Shown here: in pieces, positions 49,653 to 63,734 of the stretch
Numbering within the stretch: the first letter of the stretch is position 1
Layout: the number at the start of each line of letters is the position of its first letter
Assembly: GCF_001194135.2 (NCBI RefSeq)
Contig: NC_068988.1
Span: 69,046,080 to 69,110,079 of the forward strand
DNA: 64,000 bases
From: Octopus bimaculoides
Lineage: Eukaryota
Reading direction: 5' to 3'
Program-made: the position numbers and the translations under genes
The notes under the pieces: generated by a model
What the model saw: only the letters and a program-made list of their open reading frames with translations
The model's database searches: none
What the model was told of the DNA's origin: nothing

Positions 49653-50130
49653 CAAAAATATCAAAAGAAAAGCTTATCAAAATGTGGATTTTATTTGCCA
49701 ATTAAGGTGTTCACTCAGAGTCAATTATGTGTTCTGCATGACCAGATTATTTTCTGATCAAAGTAAATTGACTACTGACATCACCATCATGAAAAAGTTT
49801 CATTCACGTAGTCCATTGCCTAAACTGACATTGTTTGATTGTCAAAATTTCCCATTTAACAATTATCACTATCATACAAACAATGTTATTCATTTCCAAT
49901 AATCATTGAAGAAATATGTTGGCCACAGGAAAATATTATCCTGCTTGGAAACAAGTGAAAGTTCACAACATCCAGCCCTAGAAAATCTACCTCGATAAAC
50001 TGCATCTGAATCTTGCAACCATGAAACATTGGATGTAAATAATTATAATAGTGATGACAATGGCAACATGTACAACAATGAAGTACATAGTCATTTGATC
50101 TGCTAGAAAAAGAAGTCAAATTTTTTTCAG

Positions 50131-50214
50131 ATTTTTACCATCTTAAGGACAAAGACAAGTTGTATAATGTAGTCTTAGATGCACTATGTCTGCAGAGTGA
50201 ATGGGATAATCCTG
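50131..50214 (+). CDS. Candidate 84-nt exon (phase 1-1), unidentified product
   Basis: TTTTTTTCAG acceptor; open frame (D)FYHLKDKDKLYNVVLDALCLQSEWDNP(G); weak donor G|GTTTAT. Confidence 0.25.
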
Positions 50215-50611
50215 GTTTATTTTGTTTCGGGTTTGGCTAAAAGAAAAAAGGCCTTGCTTATGACACTTTTCAGGTCTTTGTAACAGGTTTAAGGAAGTGA
50301 AAATACTATCCTCAATCAAAAGACAGCATTGGTATTAAACTCACCAATGATCTATATTTATTGTCCAAATGTGCCTTGCATGATAACAACACAAACAACA
50401 AATGCAAGAATATTATTCCATGGAGAATAAATTAGAATTAAAATAAGAACATGATTCATCTTTAAGAACATTCTCAGAATCCCTAAAAAGAAGATGAATG
50501 TAAACTATTCTCCTAAACATGTGAAATATCAATAGAGAAAAAATATGTAGCTTACGTTTCAACAGATTTATAATAAAACATAAATGACTGGATCACAAAC
50601 ATGATCTTCAT

Positions 50612-50649
<38 letters not shown>

Positions 50650-51130
50650 NNNNNNNNNNNNNNNNNNNNNNNNNNNNNNNNNNNNNNNNNNNNNNNNNNN
50701 NNNNNNNNNNNNNNNNNNNNNNNNNNNNNNNNNNNNNNNNNNNNNNNNNNNNNNNNNNNNNNNNNNNNNNNNNNNNNNNNNNNNNNNNNNNNNNNNNNNN
50801 NNNNNNNNNNNNNNNNNNNNNNNNNNNNNNNNNNNNNNNNNNNNNNNNNNNNNNNNNNNNNNNNNNNNNNNNNNNNNNNNNNNNNNNNNNNNNNNNNNNN
50901 NNNNNNNNNNNNNNNNNNNNNNNNNNNNNNNNNNNNNNNNNNNNNNNNNNNNNNNNNNNNNNNNNNNNNNNNNNNNNNNNNNNNNNNNNNNNNNNNNNNN
51001 NNNNNNNNNNNNNNNNNNNNNNNNNNNNNNNNNNNNNNNNNNNNNNNNNNNNNNNNNNNNNNNNNNNNNNNNNNNNNNNNNNNNNNNNNNNNNNNNNNNN
51101 NNNNNNNNNNNNNNNNNNNNNNNNNNNNNN

Positions 51131-52313
51131 AAAGCTTGTTTATTTTTATGTTTTTTGATTTATTATTAGTGTTGCTTAATATGTTTTGCTAAAATTGCTG
51201 TTTCTTTTCAGATATCATCAGAAAAAGGTAATTAAAATTCATTAAAATGACAGATCTATCAGACTTTCAAAGAGGTCAAATTGTTGGTGCTTGTATGGAA
51301 AACAGTTGAAATGTTTGGTGTATCAAGAAGTACTGCCTCGAAAGTAATGACAGCCTTTGAGAAAGAGAGAAAAACCTCCTTGTCAAAGCAAAACTCCAGA
51401 AGGAAACCAAAACTTTCAGATAGGGACCATCGGACTCTTATGCGAATTGTTAGAAAGGATCACAAAAGTACAGCTCCCAAAATTACTGCAGAGTTTAATG
51501 ACCACATCGAGAACCAAGTTTCCACAAAAACTGTTTGCCAAGAGCTGCACAAAGTCGGATTTCACAGGAGGGCTGCAATCAGAAAACCACTACCTTCAAA
51601 ATCAAACGTTTCAAAGCGTTTAGAGTGGAGTAAAAACCTACAGAATTGCTACCTAGAGCAGTGGAAGAATGTTATTTTCTCGGATGAGTCATCCTTTACC
51701 TTATTTCCGACCACCAGCCAAGTATACATGTGGAGACAGCCAAAAGAAGCATTTGACCCAGATTGCTTTCTTCCAACTGTTAAACATGAAGGAGGATCTG
51801 TGATGACCAGATGGGGAGGGCTATATCTTGGAAATCTGCTGTCCCAATGGTTTCCCCTCATGGCAGAATTAATAGTCAAGACTATTTAAGCATTTTATCT
51901 GACCAAATTCATCCTATGATTGCGGAACTGTTTCCAGAAGGAAACACAATCTTTCAGGATGATAATGCACCAATTCACACAGCTAAACTTGTAACTGAAT
52001 GGCACGAGGAACATTCTAGTGAAGTTGAGCATCTTATTTGGCCACCACAGTCACCAGATCTCAATATTAGTGAACATTTATGGTGCATTTTAGAAAAACA
52101 AGTAAGGAGTCAATATCCTCCATCATCACTACAAGAACTGGAGACTTTTAGCTGAAGAATGGACAAAAATTCCTTTGGAAACAATTCAAACTTTTGTACA
52201 AGTCCATATCCCGAAGAATTGAAGCTGTAATTACTGCCAAAGACTGTCCTACCACATATCAAAATAAATTTGATTGAAATCTTAAGGTGTTTCCATTATT
52301 TTGTCCAACCCCA
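51131..52313 (+). mobile_element. Tc1-family transposon with DD36E transposase pseudogene (left end in gap)
   Basis: ATG at 51247 (MTDLSDFQRGQIVGA); HTH FGVSRSTASKVM; VIFSDESSF; FQDDNAPIH...WPPQSPDLNISEHLW; several frameshifts; probable right TIR AGGTGTTTCCATTATTTTGTCCAACCCC. Confidence 0.95.
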
Positions 52314-52485
52314 GTGTGTGTATGTATATAGATATATGTATAGAGAGAGAGAAAGAAAGAAAGAGAGAGAAAGAGTGAGAAAGACTTAGAGAAATGCATA
52401 TGCTAATCATTTACATAGCCGTATTTCACAAAATACATTTAATATATGAACATTCTGAGACATTAAACAAGTCCTTATATAACAT

Positions 52486-52533
<48 letters not shown>

Positions 52534-53500
52534 AGGCACACACACACACAGATGAGGACCAGTTTCCTTTCTTTTAATTTCTTCACTTTTAATTTCTTCA
52601 TGAACAAACAATGCTGTTCTCACTTAAATTGTGAACATAATAAAACATTTATTTAATAAATTCTCACTGCTATATTAACTTTCTGAAGCACCACATATGT
52701 GTACAGGCAATTACAAACTTCTCTAAATCTACATAAATGCTATAGAATTCATAGCATATGTTGACATATTCAAACAGATTCTAAAATACACAAACTTATT
52801 TCCACAAAGTCAATACAATTTTATAAATTTTTCTTCAGCTCTTTCAAAATATTAAAAAAATTTTGGATGATTTATTTCTGTCCAACTTCTCAAGTATTTA
52901 TCTTCATATTAGCTAAAACATAGAAAATAAAAATTCCAAAGAGTTTCATAGTCCAATTTCCCTTTCAATGAAGACTACATGAACTTCATGTTAATTACTG
53001 ATGCCTTCTTTTACTATATATTCCATAAGTACTTGATCATATCAGCAGATCTTTATTTCTATATTAGGTTGTCATTGATTTTTTAAAAAAATTTTCTAAA
53101 ATATCTCCAGTAGTTTTATTTCAAATTTTATTCACTTACATATTTATTTTAGTACTGCCCGTCATTCAATTTACGTTACTTCAAATGTACAGCACTTGAT
53201 TTTGCACCCCGCTCCACAAAAATCTCAAATTGAAAATATTTTTTCCCCCTTAAATTTTTGCTTCATTTTATTTTATTCTTTAAGTTCTTTTTTTTTTGAG
53301 AATTTATTAATTTATGAAGGAACTTTGCAAAACTAAGAGATTTTACTTCACTAAAACAAGCAAATTTGTCCTTTGTCAGAACAAATAATAAGGAATTATT
53401 TCAAGAGAAAAGCAAATGAAATGAAAACAAACACCAATTTATCAAAACTAAGAAAAATATGAAATAATGCACCAAAATGCATATATGCTTTGGTATCTAT

Positions 53501-53501
<1 letters not shown>

Positions 53502-53579
<78 letters not shown>
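53502..53579. repeat. (CA)n microsatellite
   Basis: Direct reading. Confidence 0.98.
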
Positions 53580-53582
<3 letters not shown>

Positions 53583-53715
53583 GAACAATATTTTTCTGTG
53601 GCTGAAGACAACAATAATTATCAGGAGATGATATATCTTCTGGCTCTAAAGAATAAAGTATATCGTCAGAATGTAGTCTTAATTCTTAACTGTTTGAAAA
53701 ATATGCTTTTGTCAG

Positions 53716-53793
53716 GAGAGGTCATCCTTGATGGTGAAACACTTGGAACAATCACAAGGGCTCTAATTGCATGCTCATCATATTTAAAATGGT
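53716..53793 (+). CDS. Candidate 78-nt exon (phase 1-1), unidentified product
   Basis: GCTTTTGTCAG acceptor and T|GTGAGT donor; frame (G)EVILDGETLGTITRALIACSSYLKW lies inside the 108-aa ORF 53598-53924 and is phase-compatible with 50131-50214. Confidence 0.3.
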
Positions 53794-56700
53794 GTGAGTG
53801 CAATGGTGGTTTCTTGATAGGTTTAGTGTTTACTGTTGAATTAGATAAAATTGGCATAGCTCCAATGGAGTATATTTCATTGTCTCTGCCTAGAACTGGT
53901 GCAAATTTAGTGTATATTGACTAGTTTGCAACTGGATGATGCATAATTAGAGAAGGTTAAAAAATAACAAAGGGTAGTAAAACATGTATAAGTGGGTGTT
54001 GTTGGATGTAACAGTATGTATGAATTGCTTTTCCCTGTCTTTCAGGAGCTAAAAGTATTCTGAGAGAGTTGTGATATTTCATTTGTTAATAGAACAAAGT
54101 GAATGGGTATTTTGTGTATATTAATCTTTAAAGGCATTCTTGATTATCCCATTATATGGTTTTTCACTTTCTGTAGTTTCTATATCTGATATCAATTTCT
54201 TTTATCAGATATTTTCCTTTCAGAAGCACCAAGTTCTGTTGAGTTGTTTGCACGAAGTTTAGAGAATTTGGATTTTGATTAAATATTTCAAATCATTACT
54301 TGTGCAGTTATAACTGGCTTTGATAGAAATTTTGCTTATAATTTTATTATATATGTATTGTTGTAAAGGCATTTGTTGGTTATGTTAACCATTTCAGCTA
54401 TGTGTGGCCAAAGAACTTAAGATTTTGACTCTGGCTACATCTTGAACAGGGGAGAAGAAATTTTCTTATTATGCTTCCATGTAGAGAAAGACAAACTTCA
54501 AGACTTAAAACTTGTTCTTGTATCAGTAAATTTCAAACTTAGAGCTGGAACATGGGGCAGTGAGGAAAAGAACTTCAGCTAAAATTAAAATTAAAATAAT
54601 GATTCTTTCTATCAAATCAGGTATACTTACACATACCTTCCTTTAAGAAACACACATGTACTACATTACACACATTGTTTTATGTTGAAAGATATCCACA
54701 TAAATTAATTCAGTACTGGACTGCTACTTATTTTATAGACCTTGGAAGGATAAATGGCAAAGGGGATTTTGATGACATGTGAACTCAGAATGTAAAGTCA
54801 CTCAAATGCATTTTGTTCAATTTGGCACGATTTTGCTTATCCTTAGAGTCATGATTAATCACCAATTAATATCATTTTGGTATTTACTTTTAGTTAGGTT
54901 GAACTTAGTCATTGAGTACTACGTGTTTTAGCATGGACGCTCAAAGGTTAACTACTTGGTTAACTACTTGCTTGCTTGTCTATTAAATTATCAACTCAAC
55001 CAGGTATATTCTTTGTATCACAAATATTCTTAGGAAAATGTACAATTATTATAACTTCCTGTTTTTTTTAAAACACGCACAAAAATATCATCCATCATGT
55101 TGTCAATGATAAACTCTTCACACGTCATAAGAATAATATTCTCTTCAAAGCATAAGAAATTATAAAGTTTTGTGAAATTTATTACAACCTATTTCCAATT
55201 ATCAATTTTTAAACTGATCACATATCAAAGATAGTTATTTAATAAATCACTGACTGCTTCCTGGAACTGATGTCATTATCAAATTTGTTGCAATTTTCTT
55301 TGAGTATGACTATAAGCTGTAAATTATCTAAACCATTTCATCTCATGCCATATACATGATCTTGTGATTAAGAAGTTTATTTCACAATCATATGATTCTA
55401 GGTTCAATCCCACTGTACATACAAATGTATTTTACTGTACATACAAATGTATATTTGTTAAGTGATTACTTTGGTATATATGGTGAAATGTATACTTTAG
55501 TGATGAATTCTATTAAGACTGGAACATGAACTTGATGAGAAACTCAAAGTATGAAAGCCTTGCAAAAAGATTATGGTTAAGACCCTTCCTTCACAGACTA
55601 AGCTACAGAACTCCTTTCATGTCCACAAAAAAAGAGAAAGTGGTAAAAACTTACCAAAGAGTTAGAAATCTTACCGATTATAATTATTTACTCCTAGCAG
55701 TTAAATTACTCTCTGTAGCTACTCAATGTGATCAACAAGGATATTTGCAACACATGGAGAAACAACAGTATAATCACATCATTATAACAAGTTGATCTAA
55801 CAAGTGCAACCTCACATCAGTAAAGATGAAGAGTAGTGTGCAATAAAGCCATCCAAGGCCCTGAAATGATGGACATTTGGTTCTGATGATGCCATAACAG
55901 TTAGCACCTGGCAGCAGAGCTTTCAGCTGGTAGAACTTGCATCTGCTAGAAGTTGTTTGCAAATAAACTATATGAACGAGTAAACAAATGAAAGAAAGTG
56001 GCACTTATCACTTTTAGTTCAAGTTTTGATAACAGGTTTATTCAGATTTATTTAATTTAAAGTTATAGGGTTGCACAAAGTGTCCACATTCTCATATAAA
56101 CTAAATGTGTGAATTTAAAAGAATTACCAATGGGGTGAGGCAGTGACAGTGATTCTTTTATTATATGTCCCAGACAGGATGTGGTGTTAGGTTGGCAGAT
56201 TCCAGTAGGGTTTGACATTTCAGTAACAGCACATTGCCTATGGCATAATAATCAGTTTGGTAGCATCAGGTTACATATCAATTTATGTAGCAAGCATGGC
56301 CGCATGATGTAAATATAGCCAGCTGATAGTTGACTATGGTGATAGTATGCTGAAGATGAAATAATCTCACTATGTGCAAACAGAGATGTTATACTTTGTA
56401 CATATATGTACATAGGATAACCAGGACTTGAGTCATATTTCTGGGTTTACCAGTAGCCAGTAGTTTCAAGTTTATTATGGGAGTATATGTTTAGTGACAA
56501 CAATTGGATAGATGAGTTTCTCTGTAGACAGATAAACTTTTACAGTTTATGCAATTCTCTCAGATACATAGCTGGTAATTATGAACTTCAGATGAAAAAG
56601 AAGTTATGTTAAAGATGTTTCATACCCTGTTAAGGGAGTTATTTCCTTGGTTCTGGAGAGAAGTAGATTTCTCCCTGCCCTATACATGATGGAGTACACA

Positions 56701-57329
56701 TGTTGCACAATTCTCCCTTTAAATTTCATTAGCTGTTATGCCTATTAATGTCAATGCCTATTAATGCCTTGTAATGTTAATAGATGGCATGAAATTGGCT
56801 CTATAGACCTCAGCTTTTGAGAGACAGAATCCTCTTCTTAGTGGGCAGTCGGTGGCATTTCAACAGTTACAGATTCGGGTGGAATGTTTTTGACTGTATA
56901 ATTGTGTCTGATTTTGCATTGAATGTTGAAAAAGATATCTAAACAGGAATAACTAGCCTTAACACTATGGAAATCAAAGAATTTATTGTACTTAAGGAAA
57001 AATTGTCAAATAAAGATTCAAGAAGCTTCAAGTTAAGTTAGTGAAAACATTTACATGGAATGGAGGATTAAATCTGATTACATCTGTGTCTATCAATCTC
57101 TTAAGATATGGGTGGTAATGGGATTCATCCACAGACATCAAATTATCAATAAAGCACTCTCTCCTAGTATCTCATTATAATGGGATGTGATCCTGTTGAA
57201 GATCTCTCTGTCTGCCACTGGAATGGAGATTCTTTAGAGTAAAAGATGTGGTCAATTGAGGCACCTTATATTATCTGATAATATCCCAATTGATACTTTG
57301 GACAAAAGAATTGGCAATTCCTGAGTACA

Positions 57330-57605
57330 GTATGTGATCTGGGGATTGATATGAACAGCAGTGCCTTGTTTCACATGCATATCACCAAAATGGGGGCAAT
57401 GTACAAGTAAATGGCTGAATGTATTCTGAGAACTTCCAGAACAAGTGACCAGGAGTAGGGATAGATGTTTTCAGAAACAACTTGACCTTCTGCTGTTCAA
57501 GGTCCCAGATGAACCTATATCATGGTAAGAAACTCATAAGAGAGCAGCAATCACATAAAAAAGGGTCACCCCAGTATGGCCACAACCTTTGAGCTGAAAT
57601 GTATA
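57330..57605 (+). mobile_element. CR1/L2-type LINE 3' remnant with internal deletion
   Basis: VCDLGIDMNSSALFHMHITKMGAMYK*MAECILRTSRTSDQE joined to FQKQLDLLLFKVPDEP. Confidence 0.7.
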
Positions 57606-58769
57606 AAAAAATATAGCTATATATATATTGAACATGTAACTATGTTCTTGTTTCATAATTTTTATTAGGGCTTTTGACTTTTTTATTTGGTTTGTTATCA
57701 GACTAGGAAGTGCATTGGCTTCTGTGCTCCAGTTTTTACTGTTGTGAAAGAAATTGCACCTTTGATATTACTAAATATTTCAACCATGTCTGGCAGAAAA
57801 ATCTCCTGTAAAGCAGTTTGCCTGAGGGCTACATCCATCTATTTTCACTTAGACTGATTGGTTTCTGTTCGACTGCACTCTCATGTCTTGTGCTGATGGA
57901 GTTCTCTTTGATGTGATGTCACCCAGAGTTCAGTTTTGTCTCCCATACTTTCCTTTTTATACCTTATTGACCTATATACCTCCAACTCCAACAGTGCTCA
58001 TTCCCACATAGATCATAATACTCATTATTTCTCTCTAACCTTCTATATTCAAGCATCATCTGCATGAAACATAGATACCTTTTGATAAATTTGCACTAAT
58101 TCAATGAGAATAAAGCTTTATGAAATCAAGCCAAACTTTTCACCTTCAGCAGCAAAGGGATACAACTCTGCACATGTAAAGGAAATGTCAATACAATCCT
58201 AAACTCCTAAACATGAACAGCATGCATCAAAAGCCTTCCGCATTGTTGGGTCTCAACATCATCTCCTCTGGCAATGAGATTAATCAATATCTGTAAAAAA
58301 TACCTATTGCTGATATTCACAAGAAACACAGATGCAGTGAATGGATAGCAGGAGATTGCAATTCTGAAGATGCATGATTGGTCATTAGTGTTAATTGTCT
58401 CAAGCAACGAATTATAACACCACAAACAATTTGTGCTGTAAACAACAGCTAGAATGCATGGTTCACAGATCTCATTTCATAGATAATGACTAATAAAATG
58501 GAAATTACAAAAAATTAAAAAATGACAATAGAAGCTATGTAACAGGGATGTATTATTTATGATAGCAGAATGAAGACATAAGACATTAGTACCACATGAT
58601 TTAATATCGTTAGATCATAACTGGTATTGCTTTTAGTGTTTGTTGTTGTCATCATTTGATCCTTTCCATTTTATTTCATTTGGCTGTTTACAGCTCAGAC
58701 ATTTCAGATCATTATTATATTTTAATGACAAACAAGCCATGTTCAGGAAACTAACCATCCCCCCTGCAA

Positions 58770-58940
58770 TATGATCATGATGATGATCATGGACATCATC
58801 ATCATCATCAGCAGCAGCATCGGCATTGTCATCATGATGTTCATCATCATCATCACCATCACCAGCACCATTGTCATCGTCATCGTCATCATCATCATCA
58901 TCATCATCATTATTATCATTATTAGCAGTAGTAGTAGTAG
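58770..58940. repeat. (CAT)n/(CAG)/(TAG) compound trinucleotide tract
   Basis: Direct reading. Confidence 0.95.
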
Positions 58941-59404
58941 TATAATCCCAAGAATATTCTATGACTTGCGTAGTGAAAATAAAACCTAATTCTCTCATAA
59001 ACAATACAAACACAATACGCACATTTAAATTCACCCACAGTATGTATGCTATCTTGCATATGAGAAAATATTGTTTATGGCTTCACTAAATATCACAATA
59101 TATATGTATGTGCACACACACACACACATACACACACACATAGAGAATGAGAGCAGTCATTATCATCTTGCTGTTTTCACCATCAGTTTAGTTTCCAATC
59201 TTAATATGGTTTACAACTATTATTATTTTTCTAGAGTCAGATTTCTTTAATGCTAAATCTCATGACAGTCATATTGATATAGCTGAGTAATTAAGTGGTT
59301 GCTTGTAATTACATGTTTCTGGGTTCATTATCAATGTGTGGTACCGTGTGCACATTTCCTTAACTGTGGCCTCGGTTTGGTCGATATTTAGGTAATAAAT
59401 TTAA

Positions 59405-59650
59405 GCGCCGAGCTGGCAGAAACGTTAGCACACTGGGCGAAATGCATAGCAGTATTTCGTCTGTCTTTACGTTCTGAGTTCAAATTCCGCCAAAATTGAC
59501 TTTACCTTTCATTCTTTCAGGGTCGATGAAATAAGTACCAGTTACATAATGTAATAAGTACCAGTTATGTAATCAACTTAATGCCTTTGTCTGTCCTTGT
59601 GTGTCCCCTCTGTGTTTAGCCCCTCATTGGTAATAAAGAAATAAATAATT
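59405..59650 (+). mobile_element. SINE family A (alternative 3' end), full length
   Basis: GCGCCGAGCTGGCAGAAACGTTAGC...GAGTTCAAATTCCGCC...TGTGTTTAGCCCCTC. Confidence 0.9.
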
Positions 59651-60131
59651 TAGGTAAGAGATTTGTAGCAGCAAACTGTACAGAAGCTGGTCATATACAC
59701 ACACAAACATGTTTGTCCCTCCTTAAATGTTCTACCATATTTATCATTCTACCTCTTCTTCCCACCAAGAATTCCCTATATGAAGGATAGCATCAGATCT
59801 GTTTATGTCCAATACATCCTTCCAGCATTTTTATGCTGCCAGCCATCCTCCTTCTTCCCCAGTCCACCTGCTATTGCCACCCATCCCACCTTCATCATCA
59901 TCTGTTTCTATTACTTTATCTGTATCTGTCATACAAGCAAGCATGTGCCTGTCATCACTGTCACTCTTTCATTACCTCCTCCAGCAATATCACTCTCTCA
60001 TTCTTCTCACTCTTTCCTTTGCAACACTCTCATTGCAATTACTCTGTTTCTCTTAATCATACTCTCAGCACTGTTTACTCAAACAGACCTTTAGGCACTT
60101 TTAAATTCAAGCTCATGTAATTCTTGCAGTT

Positions 60132-60171
<40 letters not shown>

Positions 60172-60954
60172 CGCACGCATGAACACACACACACACACAC
60201 ACACGCACACGTTTACATATATATTGTTGGTTGTCATAAGAATTTGAGAGAATATGAAATAATTCTTTTTGGGAACAGTGAATCTCGAAGCTCACAAAGC
60301 TCTAAATAATATTTATGCCCTATTATTTATGGCTTTATGGTTTTATGAGCTTTGAGGTTCACTTTTCGAAAAAAGATGTGTGTCTGTGTGTATGTGTATG
60401 TGTGTGTGCATGCATGTGCATGTGTGTGTATGTGTGTATGTGCATGCATGTATGTGTGTGTATATGTGTATGTGTGTAGACACATATTTAATAAAAAGTT
60501 TGATGCAGCTACATATCACTTAAAGTTTAGTAAATATAGGACAAGTTTTGGAAGTGTTGGATGTGTCCAACTCATCAGATGTTTGGAGACAGAGAAGTGA
60601 GTTTGAAAGAGAATTCGATATGACTTCTAGGTGTTAAGGCTACTATTTATCAACTGATGTCAAATGGTCATAATGCTACAAAGGTGACATCAGTGAATTT
60701 CTTTTATTTTTGGTCCACATTTCACAGACAGGATGTTGTTTGCTGTAAGGATGCTGGAAACTCTTTTGATGTTAGTCCACTGTGTGCTATATTTTGTGAT
60801 ACCAGCTCCATGTATTGAGTAACACACTTGCTGGGGTTTGCCCTCGTCACATGATTAGTCATCATTTTGTGAAATTTGAATATATTAATGTCAGCACTCA
60901 TTATACTGAGATAACCATTTTGATGTTTTTAGGCTACGAGTGATGTATGAAAGT

Positions 60955-61039
60955 GAAAACATTTCAAATTTAGTGAAATTTAGTGAAAACGTTTCAAACA
61001 TTATTTAAATTTAGTGAAAACATTTCAAACATTATTTAA
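60955..61039. repeat. Short tandem repeat, about 31-bp period
   Basis: AAATTTAGTGAAAAC(G/A)TTTCAAACATTATTT twice, plus partial units. Confidence 0.85.
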
Positions 61040-61408
61040 AGAATGGCAAGTTTCAGTATAGTTAGATGGGAATAAACATTTTGATTTGTCCTTTCTATAT
61101 ACATGAACAATATTTACTCCATTTCTTTGAAATTAAAATAGTTATAAAAACATACTGTTATGGCAGGAGTGATGTTAAAGAAGTGAAACTAAGCTAAGGC
61201 TAGAAATATGATGTAGAAAAATGAACACTATAGAGAGTGAAGTATAGGTTTAGCAAAGAGGATATTTAAACTGAGCAGAGGGGGCAGTAATTGTTTCAAA
61301 AATATATCAAAGATGAATTTTAAAAAAATATTATTGTAAATTGACTCCAAGACTTGTTTATAGTTTTGGTCACATATTTAGATATACTTGTATCAGCATC
61401 ATTATCTG

Positions 61409-61455
<47 letters not shown>

Positions 61456-63734
61456 ACGTGTGCGTGTGTGTGTGTGTGCGCACGTGTGCGTGTGTGTGTG
61501 TGTGTAAGATTGCTAGAGTCAAGCTCTTGCTATGTTATTACAAAGCAGGAATTAGACAACATGATACAATACCAGAATCTTTATTCACAATTATACTAGT
61601 GAAAACCATGAAGCAGATAATGAAAAATAAAAGTTGTTTGACCTTCTTTATTGGCATTCAGCTACACTATTTAGCTTATGTTGATAAAATTATAGAAACA
61701 CAGTAGCTTGATCACTTCCATTTTGTTTCAATTCAAGTTGGACTGCAAGTCAATTCTGGCAAAATTCAAGTAATGATTAGGTATTTTGGAACCTTGATCA
61801 AATGGTGAATTGGATATTACCGGCTGAATTGGAGTAAAATTTGCTACTTAGGTGCAGCTTAAAAAATGGAATCTCAGATAAAATGTAAGATCAATAGAAG
61901 TATTGTATGAAAATATCATTAGTTTCCTCAGCTTTGAACTGCTTTACTGTAAGACTTCAGTTGATAAGGATGCTATAAAAACTGTCAGTGCTTCTTATAC
62001 TCTTAATATGTCACTGACTTTTGGGTGCCATTAGCTGAGTACATTCTGTAACAAGGACTCAGGGCAGGATAACTTCCCCCACCTCATCCCACTAATCTGT
62101 AAAATCCTGAAAAAGATGACACATCTTTCTGTAAGTACTGTAAATTAAAAAGAAAAGAATATACAGAAAATATAGACACTTACCTGCAAGAAAGACATTT
62201 CTGTAGAAAGGAAGATGCTTCTATAAGTACTTACCTGCAATTATAAGAAAAATTGTTTCTGTAAGAAATTTATCTGCAAGTGCCAAATGTATCAACTTTT
62301 TACTAGAAATATCACAATGCCTTATTCAATATGTCATACTGTACTTGTATCAGCAATGAGACTGAATGATAGTTGAAGACAAGTAGTGTATAGCTTGCTT
62401 TACAAAGACAAAATATTCTTTCACAGATTTATAATAATGCTAAATCACCCCTAGTCATTGAATGGTAGTTTTATTTTTTTCAGCCTCAGACAGATGTGAG
62501 GTAAAGTTGATCTCAGCATGATTTGAGCTCAGAACATAAAGAGCCAAAGAAGATACTGCAGGTATTTTGTTTGACATTCTAATGGATCTCTCAATGGTAT
62601 TTAATTGATTAATGGTTAATTGATTTATGATAAGCAAATGCTTCTATTGTCAACATGCCAACTTCTCTACCATAAAGATAACAAAATATATTCATAACAA
62701 ACTTAACATGTAAAGACTAAATTTTGATGTGAATTCTTGTCACAATAGTAAGAGTAGCTAGTCTGGCATAATTTTTTTTTACTTATCCACTGAAGAGAAG
62801 CCTGCTTATAATGTTTGTAGCTTTTTTCCGGTGAGAGAAATTTATGAAATTGAAATTAAGTTTGTACTTCTGTTCAGTTGGTACTTGTAAGAAGCATTTA
62901 GTCACAATGGAATTTCAGAAGGTGAAATGCTTGAGAAGATTATAGGTCAACAGGTTTAGTATGAAGGATGAGGAAAGATTGGTGTGAGGTTAAGAGAGGA
63001 TTGTAATAAATAGATTTGGCTGAAGGTTGCATATTGTTGTTTCTGGGAGCAAAGCTTATAGTAATATCACAGATGAGGAAGCGAGAAAAATAATGTAACT
63101 GAGAGCCAGTTATTTTGATGTGTTGAAGTGTTATGTGTGTCAATCAGCTGAATGTCATTTCAAATAGGCATTGAAAAGTAAAGTAAAATTCTATAAAAGA
63201 AGCATGCAAATATACATAATACAGCATGGATTTATGTTATCTAACCTTCAAGAAGCCATTGTTTATGGATTAAATATTGATGTTGTAAGATTATTCACTA
63301 TCACTAACCCCCATAAGTATCGATACATTATTTATTATCAGCCTTTCATTATCATGATCACTTCAACTGTATATGCTGAGTTATTTATTTAGTTTTCTAA
63401 GATATTTTTGGCTTCTAACGATCATAGAGAGAAAGTATATTTAATCAAAAGCAAACTCACAATCATTCACATATAATTATGTGGGTTGAGTCAATGTGCA
63501 GGATTTCACACCAAGAGTTTTCATTTCATGATAACGTGTTTTTAATTTTACATATAGTGTCCTAAGTAATATTATAAAGCATATCAGTAAAATAGAAAAT
63601 ACTGTAATATGATAATTCAATGAAAATAAATAATTTAGTAAACTTATAACAAATGAAAAAAATGCTTTTTCCACCGTCTCTCTGTCCCCCATCTCTGTAT
63701 ATATATATATACATATACATATATATATATATAT

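Noticed and set aside
55990-57300. Possible further CR1-type LINE sequence upstream of 57330
   Set aside because: Only vague similarity; I could not read a supportable motif.
60555-60577. Minus-strand CTGATGA followed by a GTTGGA-CACA-TCCAAC hairpin
   Set aside because: Lacks the obligatory GAAA after stem II; treated as chance.
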